From the NCBI GenBank assembly GCA_951406725.2, contig OX597839.1, positions 35,836,001 through 35,900,000 of the forward strand: 64,000 nucleotides of DNA. Reading direction: 5' to 3'. The first letter of the stretch is position 1; the number at the start of each line of letters is the position of its first letter. The notes under the pieces are model-generated. The model had not been told where the DNA came from. It ran no database searches and worked only from the letters and a program-made list of their open reading frames with translations. Positions 24,828 to 43,835 of the stretch are shown piece after piece. The position numbers and the translations under genes are program-made. Source of the DNA: Octopus vulgaris. Lineage: Eukaryota.

Positions 24828-26469
24828 TTAAAACAAGGAGTTTGATATCAGAAGAACCAGAGGTGATATCAGGATGGTTGGTTGGTATCAAAATGGTTAA
24901 ACAGATCCATGAGCAAATAAGTTGTACGGAGAGAAATTTTAAAAAAACTTGGAGGTGGGGGGAATCTGATGGATTGGAAATAATGGTTTCTGATTTAGGC
25001 ACAAGGCCAGCAATTTTGAATTTTAGTCGATTCCATCGACGCCAGTACTTTATTTCATCGGCCCCCGAAGGGACGAACGGTAAAGTTAACCTCAGTCAGA
25101 TTTGAACTCAGTACATAAAGATACCGAAGAGATACAGCAGTGATATGTATAGAAAACTTATTTGGCTGGTAGTTTGCTTCAGCTGAAAGGATGATAGGGG
25201 AAGTTGACCTTGGCCAGATTTGAACCCTGGACATAAAGAATCAGAGGGAATACTGCACGGATTTTATTCCAACCAATTCAACTAACAAGAAATTGGTAGA
25301 ATGGCCTCCACCAATGGGACAGTAAAGCATCATCATAGAATGGTATTAAGATTGGTCTGGAACAATTTGGGAACAGGTGACGTATACCTGGTGTGTTTTT
25401 CATTTGGCAGGAATGAAACGGAGGGCTGTTAGGAGAATATTAGGGCAGATCATAGGGATGGTACACGATAATCACAAGGAAAGTTATAGGACAGATCACA
25501 GGAGAGAGACACAGTCATAAGTAGAGTAATAGGATAGGTCACAGCTGGGTTGTATAATGATTAACAGAAAGTGTGTGTGTTTTGGGGTGGTAATATTCAA
25601 CAGTTCAGGAAGGGGATGTAATAGGACAGGTCATAGGTGAGGTACATAACTGTCATAAGGAGAGTAATAGGTTAGGTCACAGCTGGGTTGTATAATGATT
25701 AACAGAAAGTGTGTGTGTTTTGGGGTGGTGATATTCAGCAGTTCAGGAAGGGGATGTTTTAGACACAGCAGAGAGAAAATTATTACATCAAAATATGAGA
25801 AAGTTTTCGAAATGTGTTTGATGGCGGAAAGGAGAGTATTAGACAAAAAAGCATGGAGTTGGATGCGAAACAATGGGAGGAGAAATTATGAAAAAAAAAA
25901 ATGAGGGAAGCGATGGTAATTATGACCGACAAGCTATGATAGAAGAGGAATTATTAAGACAGATCATTTCAATTATGAGCAACATCATCATCATCATCAC
26001 TGTGTTAATAACGTCCCCTTTTCCATGTTTGCATGGGTCAGACGGAATTTGCTGAGGCAGATTTTTATACAGCTGGGTACCTTTCCTGTCACCAACCCTG
26101 TTGCCAAGCAACGAAATATTTTTTCCTCAATATTTTTACAATTTGCATGACAATGGTTCTTGTTAAAAAGATGTCAAGACACACACACACACACACACAC
26201 ATACCTGCATATATATATATATGTGGTGGACTTCTTTTATTTTCTGTCTACCATTTCTACAAACAAGGCTTTGTTCAGTTTAGGGATCACTGGCCCAAAA
26301 TGACATGCAGCGGAGCTGAACCCAAAACTACGAGACTGGGAAACGAACTTCTTAGCCACACACCCACACAGTCATGTCTGCACCTCACAACAAGGAGAAA
26401 TGTTTCTGACAGGTCATAGCTATGACACAGGAAAAGGGAATCATGCAGGTGGGTAACAGCTACGAAGCA

Positions 26470-27040
26470 TCACAGTCATAGGAAAGGAGGGAATTATTAC
26501 GACATGTCACAGCTATTACATGGGTATGATCATAAGAAATGAACAAACATGATCACAACATTCACAGAAAGAGGGAAAGGGTCACTAAGATGGAATCACA
26601 GCTATGACACAGCACAGTCATAGGAAAGGAAGGAATAAGTAAGACATGTCACAGCTATTACATGGGTAGGATCATAAGAAATGAACAAACACGATCACAA
26701 CATTCACAGAAGGAGGGAAAGGGTCTCTAAGATGGAATCATAGCTATGACACAGCACAGTCATAGGAAAGGAGGTGAATTAGTAAGACATGTCACAGCTA
26801 TTACATAGGTATGATCATAAGAAATGAACAAACACGATCACAACATTCACAGAAGGAGGGAAAGGGTCACTAAGATGGAATCACAGCTATGACACAGCAC
26901 AGTCATAGGAAAGGAGGGAATTAGCAAGATATGTCACAGCTATTACATGGGTAGGATCATAGCGAACAAAGAAGTATAATCACAGCAATCACAGAAGCAG
27001 GGAACAAAAAAATCCTTAACAGTCACAGCCATGACACAAC
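26470..27040 (+). repeat. ~142-bp tandem repeat, about 4 copies
   Basis: CACAGTCATAGGAAAGGA at ~26471, 26613, 26755, 26898. Confidence 0.9.
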
Positions 27041-28138
27041 GGAGTCAGAATAGAGACATTGTCCAGTCAGAAACTGTTTAACAACACAAATCAAACGTTA
27101 TGAAACACTGTAGAGATAGGGCATGAAAACTTACAAAGATGTAAAGAAGAAAAAGATAATCTTAATTTGTGATTTGTTGAGCAAATATCAACAATGAAGA
27201 AAACAAAGAAAAATGGACTAGATTTGTTTCAATTTTAGTTTTTGGTGGATAAAAGTGTTTTGTTTTTGATGATGCATACCATGTAGTTTGTTTATCATAA
27301 AAAGGTCCCAAAACGTTACCCCAGGGACTACATGCAAGGTTGGGCCACTTCCTTAACCCTTTCGTTACCAACCCGGCTAAAACCGGCTCTAGCTCTGTAG
27401 TATAAATGTCTTCTTTACATAAGTTTTCAATTAAAATCTTCCACCAAATCTTAGTCACAATTTATGTTCTTAACACTAGCTGAATGATAACTAAGTCATT
27501 TTACTAAATTCTTTGTTATATTTAAAATAATTGAAAGAAATACAGAGCATCTCAACAGAAATACGGTAGCAAAGGGGTAAAGATAATTTTATCCCTGACA
27601 CTCTACTATAGGCTAATATTAATCCAGAAGATGGCAGCAAGTTGGGAGAACCATTAGCACGCCAGGCAAAATTCTGCCAAGGTCAACTTTGCCTTTCATT
27701 CTTTCTGGGTCAATGTAAACAACTTTATCTCTTTCCCAAAATTGCTGGCCTTGTGCCAAAATTTGAAACCAGTATTAACCAAGATATATATATTTTTTTC
27801 CTACCTCACTTGACTCCATAACAATAATAATTAAATCTAATGTTTATAAAGGGTCCTCCTGAATAAAACGAGAATCAAAGGGGTCCATGAATAAAAAATG
27901 ATTGAGAGTCACTGAACTAAGGAGCCAATTGCACTATAAAACTACTTTTCCTGAATATGGGTAACTGCAATAGGGGACAGGGTGCCCCCTGTTTCTTTGA
28001 TGTCATCAAATAACAGTTTGCAAGAAACAGTTCCGATGGAAGGTTTTGGTAAAGGGGTTAACCCTTTCACATTCAGACTACTTTGTCAAATGTCACCCTT
28101 ATCTATTCGCATTGTTTTGAATTAACCATGAATTATAG

Positions 28139-28508
28139 GGGCAGGAGTGGCTGTGTGGTAAAAAGCTTGCTTACCAACCCACATGGTTCTGGGTTCAGTC
28201 CCACTACGTGGCACCTTGGGCAAGTGTCTTCTACTATAGCCTCGGGCCGACCAAAGCCTTGTGAGTGGATTTGGTAGATGGAAACTGAAAGAAGCCCATC
28301 GAATGTGTGTGTGTATATATATATATAGGTGCAGGAGTGGCTGAGTGGTAAAAAGCTTGCTTCCCAACCACATGGTTCCGGGTTCAGTTCCACTGTGTGG
28401 CACCTTGGGCAAGTGTCTTCTACTATAGCCTCGGGCCGGCCAAAGCCTTGTGAGTGGATTTGGTAGACGGAAATTGAAAGAAGCCCGTCGAATATGTGTG
28501 TGTGTGTA
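28139..28508 (+). mobile_element. Two tandem 5' halves of the same SINE
   Basis: Units start at ~28139 and ~28328, each ending in (TG/TA)n. Confidence 0.8.
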
Positions 28509-28610
28509 TAGACATTGTAGGAGAGCTATCTTATCTGAAGTGTTCTCAGTGAGATTAGACCTGACAAGTGAAGTGTTGTTAGGTATTGAATAATGTGTGA
28601 TATTCCACTA

Positions 28611-30157
28611 CACTGCATATCAGATTATTAACAATGTAATATTTGTTTATTTCATTTAAAAACTACTTGCTGGCTTTCACAGAATTTTCCACAGAATGAT
28701 GGCAACAGATATACGCACGGGGTATGTAAAAATTGTGAGGTTTTGCGCAAGTGTAAACGAACTGTAACTGTCTGCATGATTTCCATGAACTTTCAGCATT
28801 CCAAATTATTAACAAGTGGTCTGATAATCAAGTAATTATGGTTCGTAAATATGTCTTAATTGCTTCAGAATTGTTGTCCTGAATTTGCAAAAAGTAAACG
28901 AACATTAGAAATACCTAAAATAATTGGAAAGTATCACCAAACTGTGAAAAAAATTGTTACAGCTCCTACGAAGATAGTTAAGAGGGCCGACAAGGGTCAA
29001 TCGAGGGCTGTTTCTCAATGTTCTCTGTCATGAATTAAGCATGAAGCTGTAAAGAAACCAGGTGTTACAGGTGGAGAAGTTTCCAAGCACATTGGTGAAA
29101 CAACTGTGTCCAGAACACCATGATGTTGTCTTCTGAAAAAGGTCAGTAAACCAGTGACATCAGTTCAAAGGTCACCTTTAAACAAAATACAATTATAAAA
29201 TCATCTGAAATGGGTAGACTATAACATAAAGGTTGACTTTTCAAAAGTTTTGTTTACAGACGAAACTCGTGGTACCCTTGATGGACCTGATGGTTGGAGC
29301 AAGGGAAGGGTTGTAACTGGACAAGATTACCATCAATGCCTGAGACACCAACAAGGGGGAGGGGGCATCATGATTTGGGCAAAAATTATGGTTGGTCTTT
29401 GGAAAGTGCCTGATGGTGTTAAACTGCTTACATAGCCTTTCTGAGGGAGCACCTTGAACCTTGGTTCAAAAAGTAAAGGATCACCTTCAAGACAACCATA
29501 ATATTCATGCAAGATAATGCATCCTCACACTCAGTGAAGAAAACTACAGGGTATCTGTGGCAATTAGGCTTCTGTGGACCTCGGAAGATGAAGTGGCCTG
29601 CCTGATCCCTTGACTTAAAAACCTAATAGAAAACTTGTGGAGTATTCTAAAGTGATGAGTTTACAAGAACATATGCTAATTTAGGAGCAAGGATGACCTA
29701 TGGCAAGCAATAGTGCATGTATCTCATGGTATAAAATCAAAGGAGATCCAGAAACTAGCATGTCCCCTGAACTTGCGCCTTTCCCAACCTATTTCAAACA
29801 AAGGCTTACTAACCCCTTACTAACCAGCTCACCTATCATTCTTGTTTGTTTATTTCTATTTCTTCCATGATTGTGACTATGTATTCATTTCAGTATAAAT
29901 AGCAATTAACTGGCTATTTTCTTGTCTACATGAATCTTAATCACATCTTGCTTGTACTTTGAAGCAGTGAAAGTTTACGTTAATTGAGTAAATGGCCATA
30001 GTTTCTGCTTTGTTTTATGCAACCTCATGTTTTTTTTTTTTTACACACCACGTGAATATAACTTTGCCGTCATTTTGTGAAAATTTCATTGAATTCCAAC
30101 CCAATTTTTAAATACAATACAAAAAATGTCGTATCATTGATAATTAGAAACACACTG
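28611..30157 (+). mobile_element. Degenerate Tc1-family DNA transposon (~1.55 kb) with pseudogenised DDE transposase
   Basis: Long imperfect TIRs (~28611-28770 vs ~30000-30157); remnants VLFTDETRGTLDGPDG, QQGGGGIMIWA, MQDNASSH, NLIENLW, interrupted by stops and frameshifts. Confidence 0.88.
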
Positions 30158-30842
30158 CATTCCTACTGATTTATTGTCACGAAAATTTCAACATGTATGA
30201 TGCTGTGACCATAAAACCTTATGTCAATAACTGACTTGGAACATCCTGAGATAAATTTATGGAGTACTTATGCAACAGATGGCAACAAAAGTAGAAAGTG
30301 AGAAAAGTATTAACAGATTCTTTAAGAGCTGACCTTTTGCTATTCAGATTACTAAGCTAATAGTAATTCCTACTTATTTACATTATTCTGAATTAATTAT
30401 GCATTATCTTGTAGCTTTGAAATTTTAATTTGAGATTGTGTGTTTTTTAAGAATGACATTGTAGGGTAAATGTGAGAGGCTGGATCAGGCCAGTTTGAAT
30501 GCAAAATAGGCACGATATTTTGGCTAGATGTGGCTGGTTTGAATGCTTAAAGGTTAAACTATCATCTCCTAGCATAAAGCTACCTCCCTCAGGGGTTTCT
30601 TCATCTTGCAAGCTGCATGGTAACCTCACAAGGACAGGTGACATGTAAAACAAAAACACAAAAACGAAAGAAAAAAAAAGAAGCATCTGGTACATCCAGT
30701 AAAAGGGTCAGCATTAGAAAGGGCGTCCGGCCAACATAGACACTGGAGCACAGCATGGGCCCTTAAGTTTATAAGATCCTGTCAAACAGTCCAACCCATG
30801 CCTGCACGGAACACAGATATTAATGATGATGATGATAATAGC

Positions 30843-31245
30843 CGCAGGAGTGGCTGTGTGGTAAGTAGCTTGCTAACCAACCACATGGTTCCGGGTTCAG
30901 TCCCACTGTGTGGCACCTTGGGCAAGTGTCTTCTGCTATAGCCCCGGGCCGACCAAAGCCTTGTGAGTGGATTTGGTAGATGGAAACTGAAAGAAGCCTG
31001 CTGTATATATGTATAATATATATATATATATGTGTGGGTATATGTTTGTGTGTGTGTGTTTTTCCCTCTAGCATTGCTTGACAACCGATGCTGGTGTGTT
31101 TACGTCCCCGTCACTTAGCAGTTCGGCAAAAGAGACCGATAGCATAAGTACTGGGCTTACAAAGAATAAGTCCCGGGGTCGATTTGCTCGACTAAAGGCG
31201 GTGCTCCAGCATGGCCGCAGTCAAATGACTGAAACAAGTAAAAGA
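30843..31245 (+). mobile_element. Full-length copy of the same SINE family
   Basis: Near-identical to the reverse complement of 3083-3478 and 4240-4645. Confidence 0.85.
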
Positions 31246-31742
31246 GAAAGAGAATGGTGACACCTGACACCGGCTGTTATGAGGAAGGCAAAATGGGTTA
31301 GCAGAAAGAATGCAGCCAGAATAAATAGCATTATACAAAGATTGATATGTCAAGTCAAACACTTTATTGTATCAAGCTGGGCAGATCAGCCAGCTCAATA
31401 AAAAAATAACATTTTATTATGTATAATAAAAAAGTCAATTTGTCAATCTGCTGCACAACTATGTGCATATATGTAAGTGTATATATAGATTATCATCATC
31501 ATCATTGTTTAACGTCCGTTTTCCATGCTGGCATGGGTTGAACTATTTGACTGAGGTCTGGAGAGCCAGTGGCTGCACCAGGCTCCAATCTGATCTGGCA
31601 ATGTTTCTACAGCTGGATGCCCTTCCTAACACCAACTATCCAAGAGAGAGAGAGAGAGAGAGAGTGTGTATGTGTGTGTGTGTGTGTGTGATGTATATAT
31701 ATCATCATCATCATCATTTATCCGCTTCCATGCTAGCATGGG

Positions 31743-31789
<47 letters not shown>

Positions 31790-32131
31790 CATGTAAATAA
31801 TAATAATGGTATTTTTATATAAGCTTTAGATTTGGTTTGTAAGATTCTTTATGTGAGTTCGTGTGTTGAAGCACATTCTGTTGTGTCTGGGGAGAGTCAT
31901 TTTCTTTTTGTGCCTTATAATATAACACACTCACCGGTAAAATTTCCACTTATTTCTTTCTATTTTCCTAAAAATTTTCGTTCCGTCTTGCAACCTTTTC
32001 AATAGTCTGAAAAGGCTGCAAGACACAACGAAAATTTTCAGGAAAATAGAAAGAAATAAGTGTAAATTTTACCGATGAGTGTGTCAAATTATAAGGCACA
32101 AAAAGAAAATTACTCTCCCCAGACACAACAG

Positions 32132-32202
<71 letters not shown>

Positions 32203-35200
32203 ATTATATATATATAATATATATATATTATATATATATACACACACACATATAAAAATACACATACATATGTAAACACGCACACACACATATATATATG
32301 GGTGTGTGTGTTTATATACATACAGACACACACAAACACCCTCTACGACACACCCAACATTAGTTGATTTCATTGATCCATTGATCTCAGTATTGTGTTC
32401 GCTCATAAAACATTAAATCTACAAATAAAGTCCTTTCTCTAGTTGTATGTATATGCATGTGCGTGTGCATGCGTGTGTGTGTGTGCGTATGTGTGTGCAT
32501 GTGTGTGTGTGTGTGTGTAGTCTTCTGCCTTCCCTCTTTCTCTATTCATGTTCTTTTTATGTAAACATGGCTGGTTTTATGGTCACAATAAAACGGGAGC
32601 AGGAAAGAGTATCTGACAATTAATTCATTTATCACCAGCAGCAAGAACCCAACTCTCAATTCAAAACAGGGTTTTTAATTCTAAGGAGGCGTAGAATACT
32701 CGCTGCATTGGATCTTTTGATTGTGACAAAAGATGAATGTAGCTACATCACCATTACTCTTTCTTGACCCCTCCATTGCCATTTTCTTCTGCCACTCCAG
32801 ATTATAGAAAGCTTTAAGTATTTTCTCCCTGAGTTCACTCTGCTACAACAATAGCAATAAGCAATGTAATTCTTTTATTCTCTAGGGAGTCGCATGAAAC
32901 GATCGTACTGCATTACCTCTGGATATCCTTGTTGCTTATTTTGATATATATATGCAGCATGGAATTTTGTCAGTGAACAGGTCGCGGTCTCAAAGCAACG
33001 AAAATATTTTGACAAATTAAATTTAATTGTTGAAGTGAATCTAACGGTTTTTGTGTGTTTCTTAAATGGCTTATAAACACCTTCCACGTTGCAACTGTTT
33101 TCGTTCCAGCACACGATCACAGATCAGGTCACTTGCTATGCAAGTACATCTCCATATATATATATATATATATATATATAAGATAGGTATACATACACAC
33201 ACATGTATATTTACCGTATAGCTGTCATTCCTTTGACAGGTAATATCATAAATAGAACAATTAAGGATAAGAAGACAAGGAAAGCACCTTGTCCATAAAG
33301 GATAACTGCTGACATGCTTGATAACTCTAGCAGAGTGTGTTTTGGGTAAGTCCCCCACATTGTCAAACATGAAGGTGATATGCACAATTACTGCTGATGC
33401 AGAATCGCAGTCAAATGCTTCGTGAACAAAAGTTGTGCACAAGGGAGAAGAAATTACCTGTGTGTGTGTGTGATACAGGTAGATAGATATACTTACACAC
33501 ACACATGTATATTTACCGTACGGCTGTCATTCCTTTGACAGCTGCATCGTAAATAGAACAAATAAAGATAAGAAAAGGAAGACACCTTGTCCATCAAGGA
33601 CAACTGCTGACATGCTTAATAACTCTAGCAAAGCTCTGTGTGTGTGTGTGTGTGTAAGGTGCATGCTAAGTGATTAGGGGTTTTAGCTCGTGGTTGTGAG
33701 GTTGTGAGTTCAATTCCTGTCAGTGTGTTGTGTCCTTGAGCAAGACACTTTATGTCAAGTTGCTCCAGTTCACTCTGCTGGCAAGAATAAGTTGTGCTGG
33801 TAGAAGGTAAAAGAAACAGCTGAGGATGCAGGAGGTGGTAAGTGGTGATGAAGGTAGGATGGAGAACAGCAGTTGTAATAAGCCTGCAGAGAGATCAGAC
33901 AATAGAGAGAGAGAGAGAGAGATGGTATGTGAGGTGGGGGAGAGAGAAGGAGAGTGGTACAGGGACAGAGATGGAGGTCAGAGTTATGAAGGGATGACTA
34001 CAGTGAATGAGATGAGGTGGGGGTAGATATTGCCAGATGTTAAAGATGAAGCATGGCAGTGTGTGTGTGTGTGCGCACGCACGTGTGTAAACAGAGTCCA
34101 CCAAAAAAATATATACACACTACAGAAAAGGAAAAAATCTACATAAATATTTTAATTCAGTGTTATTGCAGTTCGATAAAACATTGAAAGAGGTGTCCAT
34201 ATTTATAGGGGTACTTATACAAGTATTTATAATAGATTTTTCCCTTCCAGAAATGTGTTTACATCTTTTTGGCAGACTATGTATGTATGTATGTATATAT
34301 GTATATATGTATATATGTATATATGTATGTGTGTGTGTGTGTGTGTGTATGTGTGTGTCATCATCATCATCAGCAGCAGCATCACTGTCATCGTTTTAAT
34401 GTCCCCTTTTCCAAGGTTGCATGGGTAGAGATGGAATTCAATGAAGCAGATTTTCTATGGCTGGATGCCCTTCCCATCGCCAACCCTTATCTGTTTCCAA
34501 GTACCCAAGGCCAAACATAGATGCATGCATACATACAATCATCATCATCCGCCTCATCATTCAACATCCGCTGTCCATGCTGGCATGGGTTGGACGGTTT
34601 GAGCAGGGATGGCAAGCTGAGGGGCTGCAACAGACTCCAGCCCGATTTTGGCATCGTTTCACTGGAGTGTGGTGTGGCCCCTCAGCACAGGCATGGCTGT
34701 GTAGTTAGGAAGCTTGCTTCCCAGCCACATGGTTTCGGGTTCAATCCCAGTGTGTGGCACCTTGGGTAAGTGTCTTCTGCTATAGCCTCAGACTGACCGA
34801 AGCCTTGTGATCGAAGTTGGTAGGAGGAAGTTACAGTCATGTGTGCACGTGTGTGTGTGTGTGTGTAAGTGCTTGTGCCTCCTAACACACATATATATAT
34901 ATATACACACACATACACATCCATGTGTGAGTGTATATATGATCGTTTATGCCACTTAAAGCCAAGGATGTATCCTAACACAGCAGTTCAACAAATAAAC
35001 ATTAATCATAAGTGGAATACCCAACTTAAAATTAATTACTGGGGTTGAGATGCACAAAAAAACCCTTAAGGTAGTGCTCCAGCATGACCGCACTCCAGTA
35101 AACAGTCAAAAAAAAAATTGAATAACAATATATAAATACCATGTTTAAAAAAACAATTAATGGTATCAGAAGCAGTATTAGTATCATAAGGTAGTCTTCA

Positions 35201-36709
35201 TCTCCAACTTAACGAGGAGGTTGTATTCATCATCATCAGCATTTAACATCCATTTTCCATGCTGGCATGGGTTGGGCGGTTTGACAGAAACTGGCAAGTC
35301 TAGGGTCTGCACCAAGTTCCATAGTCCGTTTTGGCTGTGTTTCAATGGCTGGATGCCCTTCTTAATCCTTTCGTTACTGTATTTATTTTGAGATGCCCTG
35401 TGTTTCTTTCAATTAATTTTAAATATAACAAAGAGTTTAGTAAAACAATTTAGTAAAAAGAGTAATGAGGCTGTGGCAGTCATCATCCTTACCTAACGTG
35501 CCCTTCACTAGGCCCATGTGTGAAAGACTGCATTGACCGACTGTACCCAGCACACTCTTAGACCTTGTGGAGGCACATGGCTTAGTGGTTAGAACAGTGG
35601 ACTCGCAGTCAACGGATCGTGGGTTCAATTCTCAGACCGGGTGATGTATGCGTTTATGAGCGAAACACCTAAGCTCCACGCGGCTCCGGCAGAAGGTAAT
35701 GGCAAACTTCTGCTGACTCTTTCGCCACAACTTTCTCTCACTCTTTCCTCCTGCATCTTGCAGCTCACCTGCGACGGACTGGCGTCCCATCCAGGTGGGG
35801 AACCCATACGCCAAGGAAACCGGGAAACCAGCCCTTATGAGCCAGGCATGGCTCGAGAAGGAAGAAACAACAACACACTCTTGGACCTTATGCTATATCT
35901 GTTGTCATGCTCCTCTGTGTAACCCCTATTGCTGCTAATCACCTGTTCTTGCCTTTATCTCATCCACCATCATCACTACTCACCAACCTTCTTACATAAC
36001 CCCGTCTTTCTATCACACTCTTCCTCCTTTTAGCCATACACTCAGGTCTTTCTCATGTCACTCTTCTCTCTCTCCTATCCACCTCGCTTAAGCCAGCTAA
36101 GCAAATCTACCAGCCTTGGTCACTGCATACTTTCTCCACTTACAGTCTTATCTCCCTACTCATTCTTTTCTGACCTTTCTGCTGTCACTGCTTCAGCTCT
36201 CTCTCTCTCTCTCTCTCTCTCTCATTCACACCCTTCTTAAGTTACTGTGTATATTTCATAGGCTACTAAATACTCTCCACACCCAGACGTGGGAAACCTT
36301 TCTCTAGAAGCAGGTCGAACAAGAAATGGATCATCAAGTAGGCTACACTACTAAACGAAACCAAGGTAATTTTTCATTGATGTGCCATTAAGAAAGTCTC
36401 ACGGGGTGCAGTGTACTTGTGACAGTCCTACATCTACCATGTACAAGGCACTCTACCACCTGTGCTGGTGCCACAATATAAAAGCCTACACAGCACCTCA
36501 CATCCCTTTACAGCAATGGTTCTCAACTGGAGTCCATATAAGATTTTGTTGTAAAAAAAAAATTATATGCAATAAACTGGCTCTACTTCTACTATCACAA
36601 AATACTTTAACATTTTCTTATGCCATTCCTAATAATATTTAACTGTAAAAGTCTAATAGGGTTTTTAAACATCAAATGGCTTTAAGGATTCATTCAAGTA
36701 AAATTGGAG

Positions 36710-36880
36710 GGCATAACTTTGGTATAAGTACCAGAAGTACCGGATACATTTCAAGAAAGTGTTGTTTTTTTTTATATATATGAGGGGTTAGGGTTTGTGT
36801 TAGGGTTAGGGAGAAAAGGGTTTCTGTTATCTTCAGAAATGTAAACAAAGCCACGTGTGTACTTATACCGAAGGATCGCC
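36710..36880. mobile_element. GG..CC MITE with 9-bp TSD and internal TTAGGG tract, nested in a hAT MITE
   Basis: TIR GGCATAACTTTGGTATAAGTAC / GTACTTATACCGAAGGATCGCC; TSD AAATTGGAG/AAATCGGAG. Confidence 0.72.
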
Positions 36881-37280
36881 AAATCGGAGTCACAGGGGTT
36901 CATAGGTAAAAAAAAAAAAATGGTTGAGAACCACTGATATTGGGCGAGGGATTAGAGATTAGGACAACAATCACCTGTATTCTACAGGTGTCACAGAAAA
37001 AAAATAAACTTAGGACAGTGCGTAAAGTGGTCAGCAACCGAGCAGAGAAGACGATGAGCTGTGAGGCCGCTCAAGTTGTGTCTCACTGGGAACTATTCAA
37101 ACTATGAGGAAATGTAAAACTGGTTGGTGAATAGGAAGAATATCCAGCCATTGAAACCAAACCAAGTGACACGTATGATCACCAGTGGTATGGGCCTAGA
37201 AGCTCCCAATAACAAATGAATCGGATCATGATGATCCGGCCAGCCTATGTCAGGAATATGCAATAACTGTAAATACTACA

Positions 37281-37379
37281 GCGAAAGGTAAAGAATACGC
37301 CCCACCCGGGGTTTAGGGTTAGGAATAGGGGTTAGAGTTACGCCCAAAACGAGTGGTGTGCGTATTGTTTACCTCCGCC
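37281..37379. mobile_element. 99-bp MITE with 9-bp TSD and internal TTAGGG-like tract
   Basis: TIR GCGAAAGGTAAAGAATACGC / GCGTATTGTTTACCTCCGCC; perfect TSD AATACTACA. Confidence 0.75.
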
Positions 37380-37409
37380 AATACTACAACCAGGCTCATA
37401 ACTCTAGAT

Positions 37410-37595
37410 CAGTGGTTTTTTAATCAGGGTTCCACGGAACCTTAGGGTTCCGCAAGAAGTTACAAGACTGCTAAAATCGGCAGTAATTTTTAATTCTCCT
37501 ATGCATAAGACTATTAAATTATTGCAGAGGGGTTCCCCGAGCCAGTGGAATGTTTCCTTGGGGTTCCGCTCCAGCAAAAAGTTTGAAAACCACTG
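37410..37595. mobile_element. hAT (Charlie-like) MITE
   Basis: CAGTGGTTTT...AAAACCACTG TIR; perfect 8-bp TSD CTCTAGAT. Confidence 0.88.
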
Positions 37596-37825
37596 CTCTA
37601 GATGCATATCTGTAATTATTGCGGGGGTGTTTGAATACGTAACTGTCTTGAAACATACATTAAGGAGCAGAGTCTCATTAGACTATAATTAACAAGGGTA
37701 ATTAAGGAAATACAGGTGTAAAACATTAGGTGGTAGAACCATACCGAAGTCTAAACAAACAAATCTAAACAGTCAAGGACGTACATGCATGCAAACCAAT
37801 ATCAAAAGTGGACATACACATGCTT

Positions 37826-38084
37826 GGGGTACTACTTAAGAAGAGTGGTCCCGGTGTGCGCACTGGCGTGCTCGCGCGTCAGCGCTTAGCTAGTCGTGAC
37901 TAGTCGATCCTACAACGACTACCTAGCAAAGTAAATAAGACACAAAATAAATCATTCTTTTTAAACAAAGTAGATAATTTTTTTAAAAACAGAAACACAA
38001 AGTAAGGATCGACTAGTCACGACTTGCTAGCGCGAGTACGCGAGTGCGCGCACCGGGGGCCACTCTTCTTAAGTAAGTACCCCC
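37826..38084. mobile_element. Palindromic MITE with ~90-bp GC-rich inverted repeats
   Basis: GGGGTACTACTTAAGAAGAGTGG..CTAGTCGATCC is mirrored at ~38006-38084. Confidence 0.75.
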
Positions 38085-38214
38085 ATGCATGGATCTATAT
38101 GCAACCACAGAAATAATGTTGCCAAACTTATATAATAGGTAGAATCTTACTCCTTCATTGGAAACCAGTTTTTTGGGGGATTTTTTTGAGAAATTTTTTA
38201 AATACCAAAACACA

Positions 38215-43610
<5,396 letters not shown>

Positions 43611-43750
43611 AAATGTTTTAGTTATTTTCGTTGCCGGACTAAAAGCAGTAATTGTAGGAGAACCGGATTAGAGACAATGTGATTAGAAAGGAAAAAAGAC
43701 CAGATGTTTAAAACGAAAAATAAACATTGGAAACAGCAGTACAAACAAAC

Positions 43751-43835
<85 letters not shown>

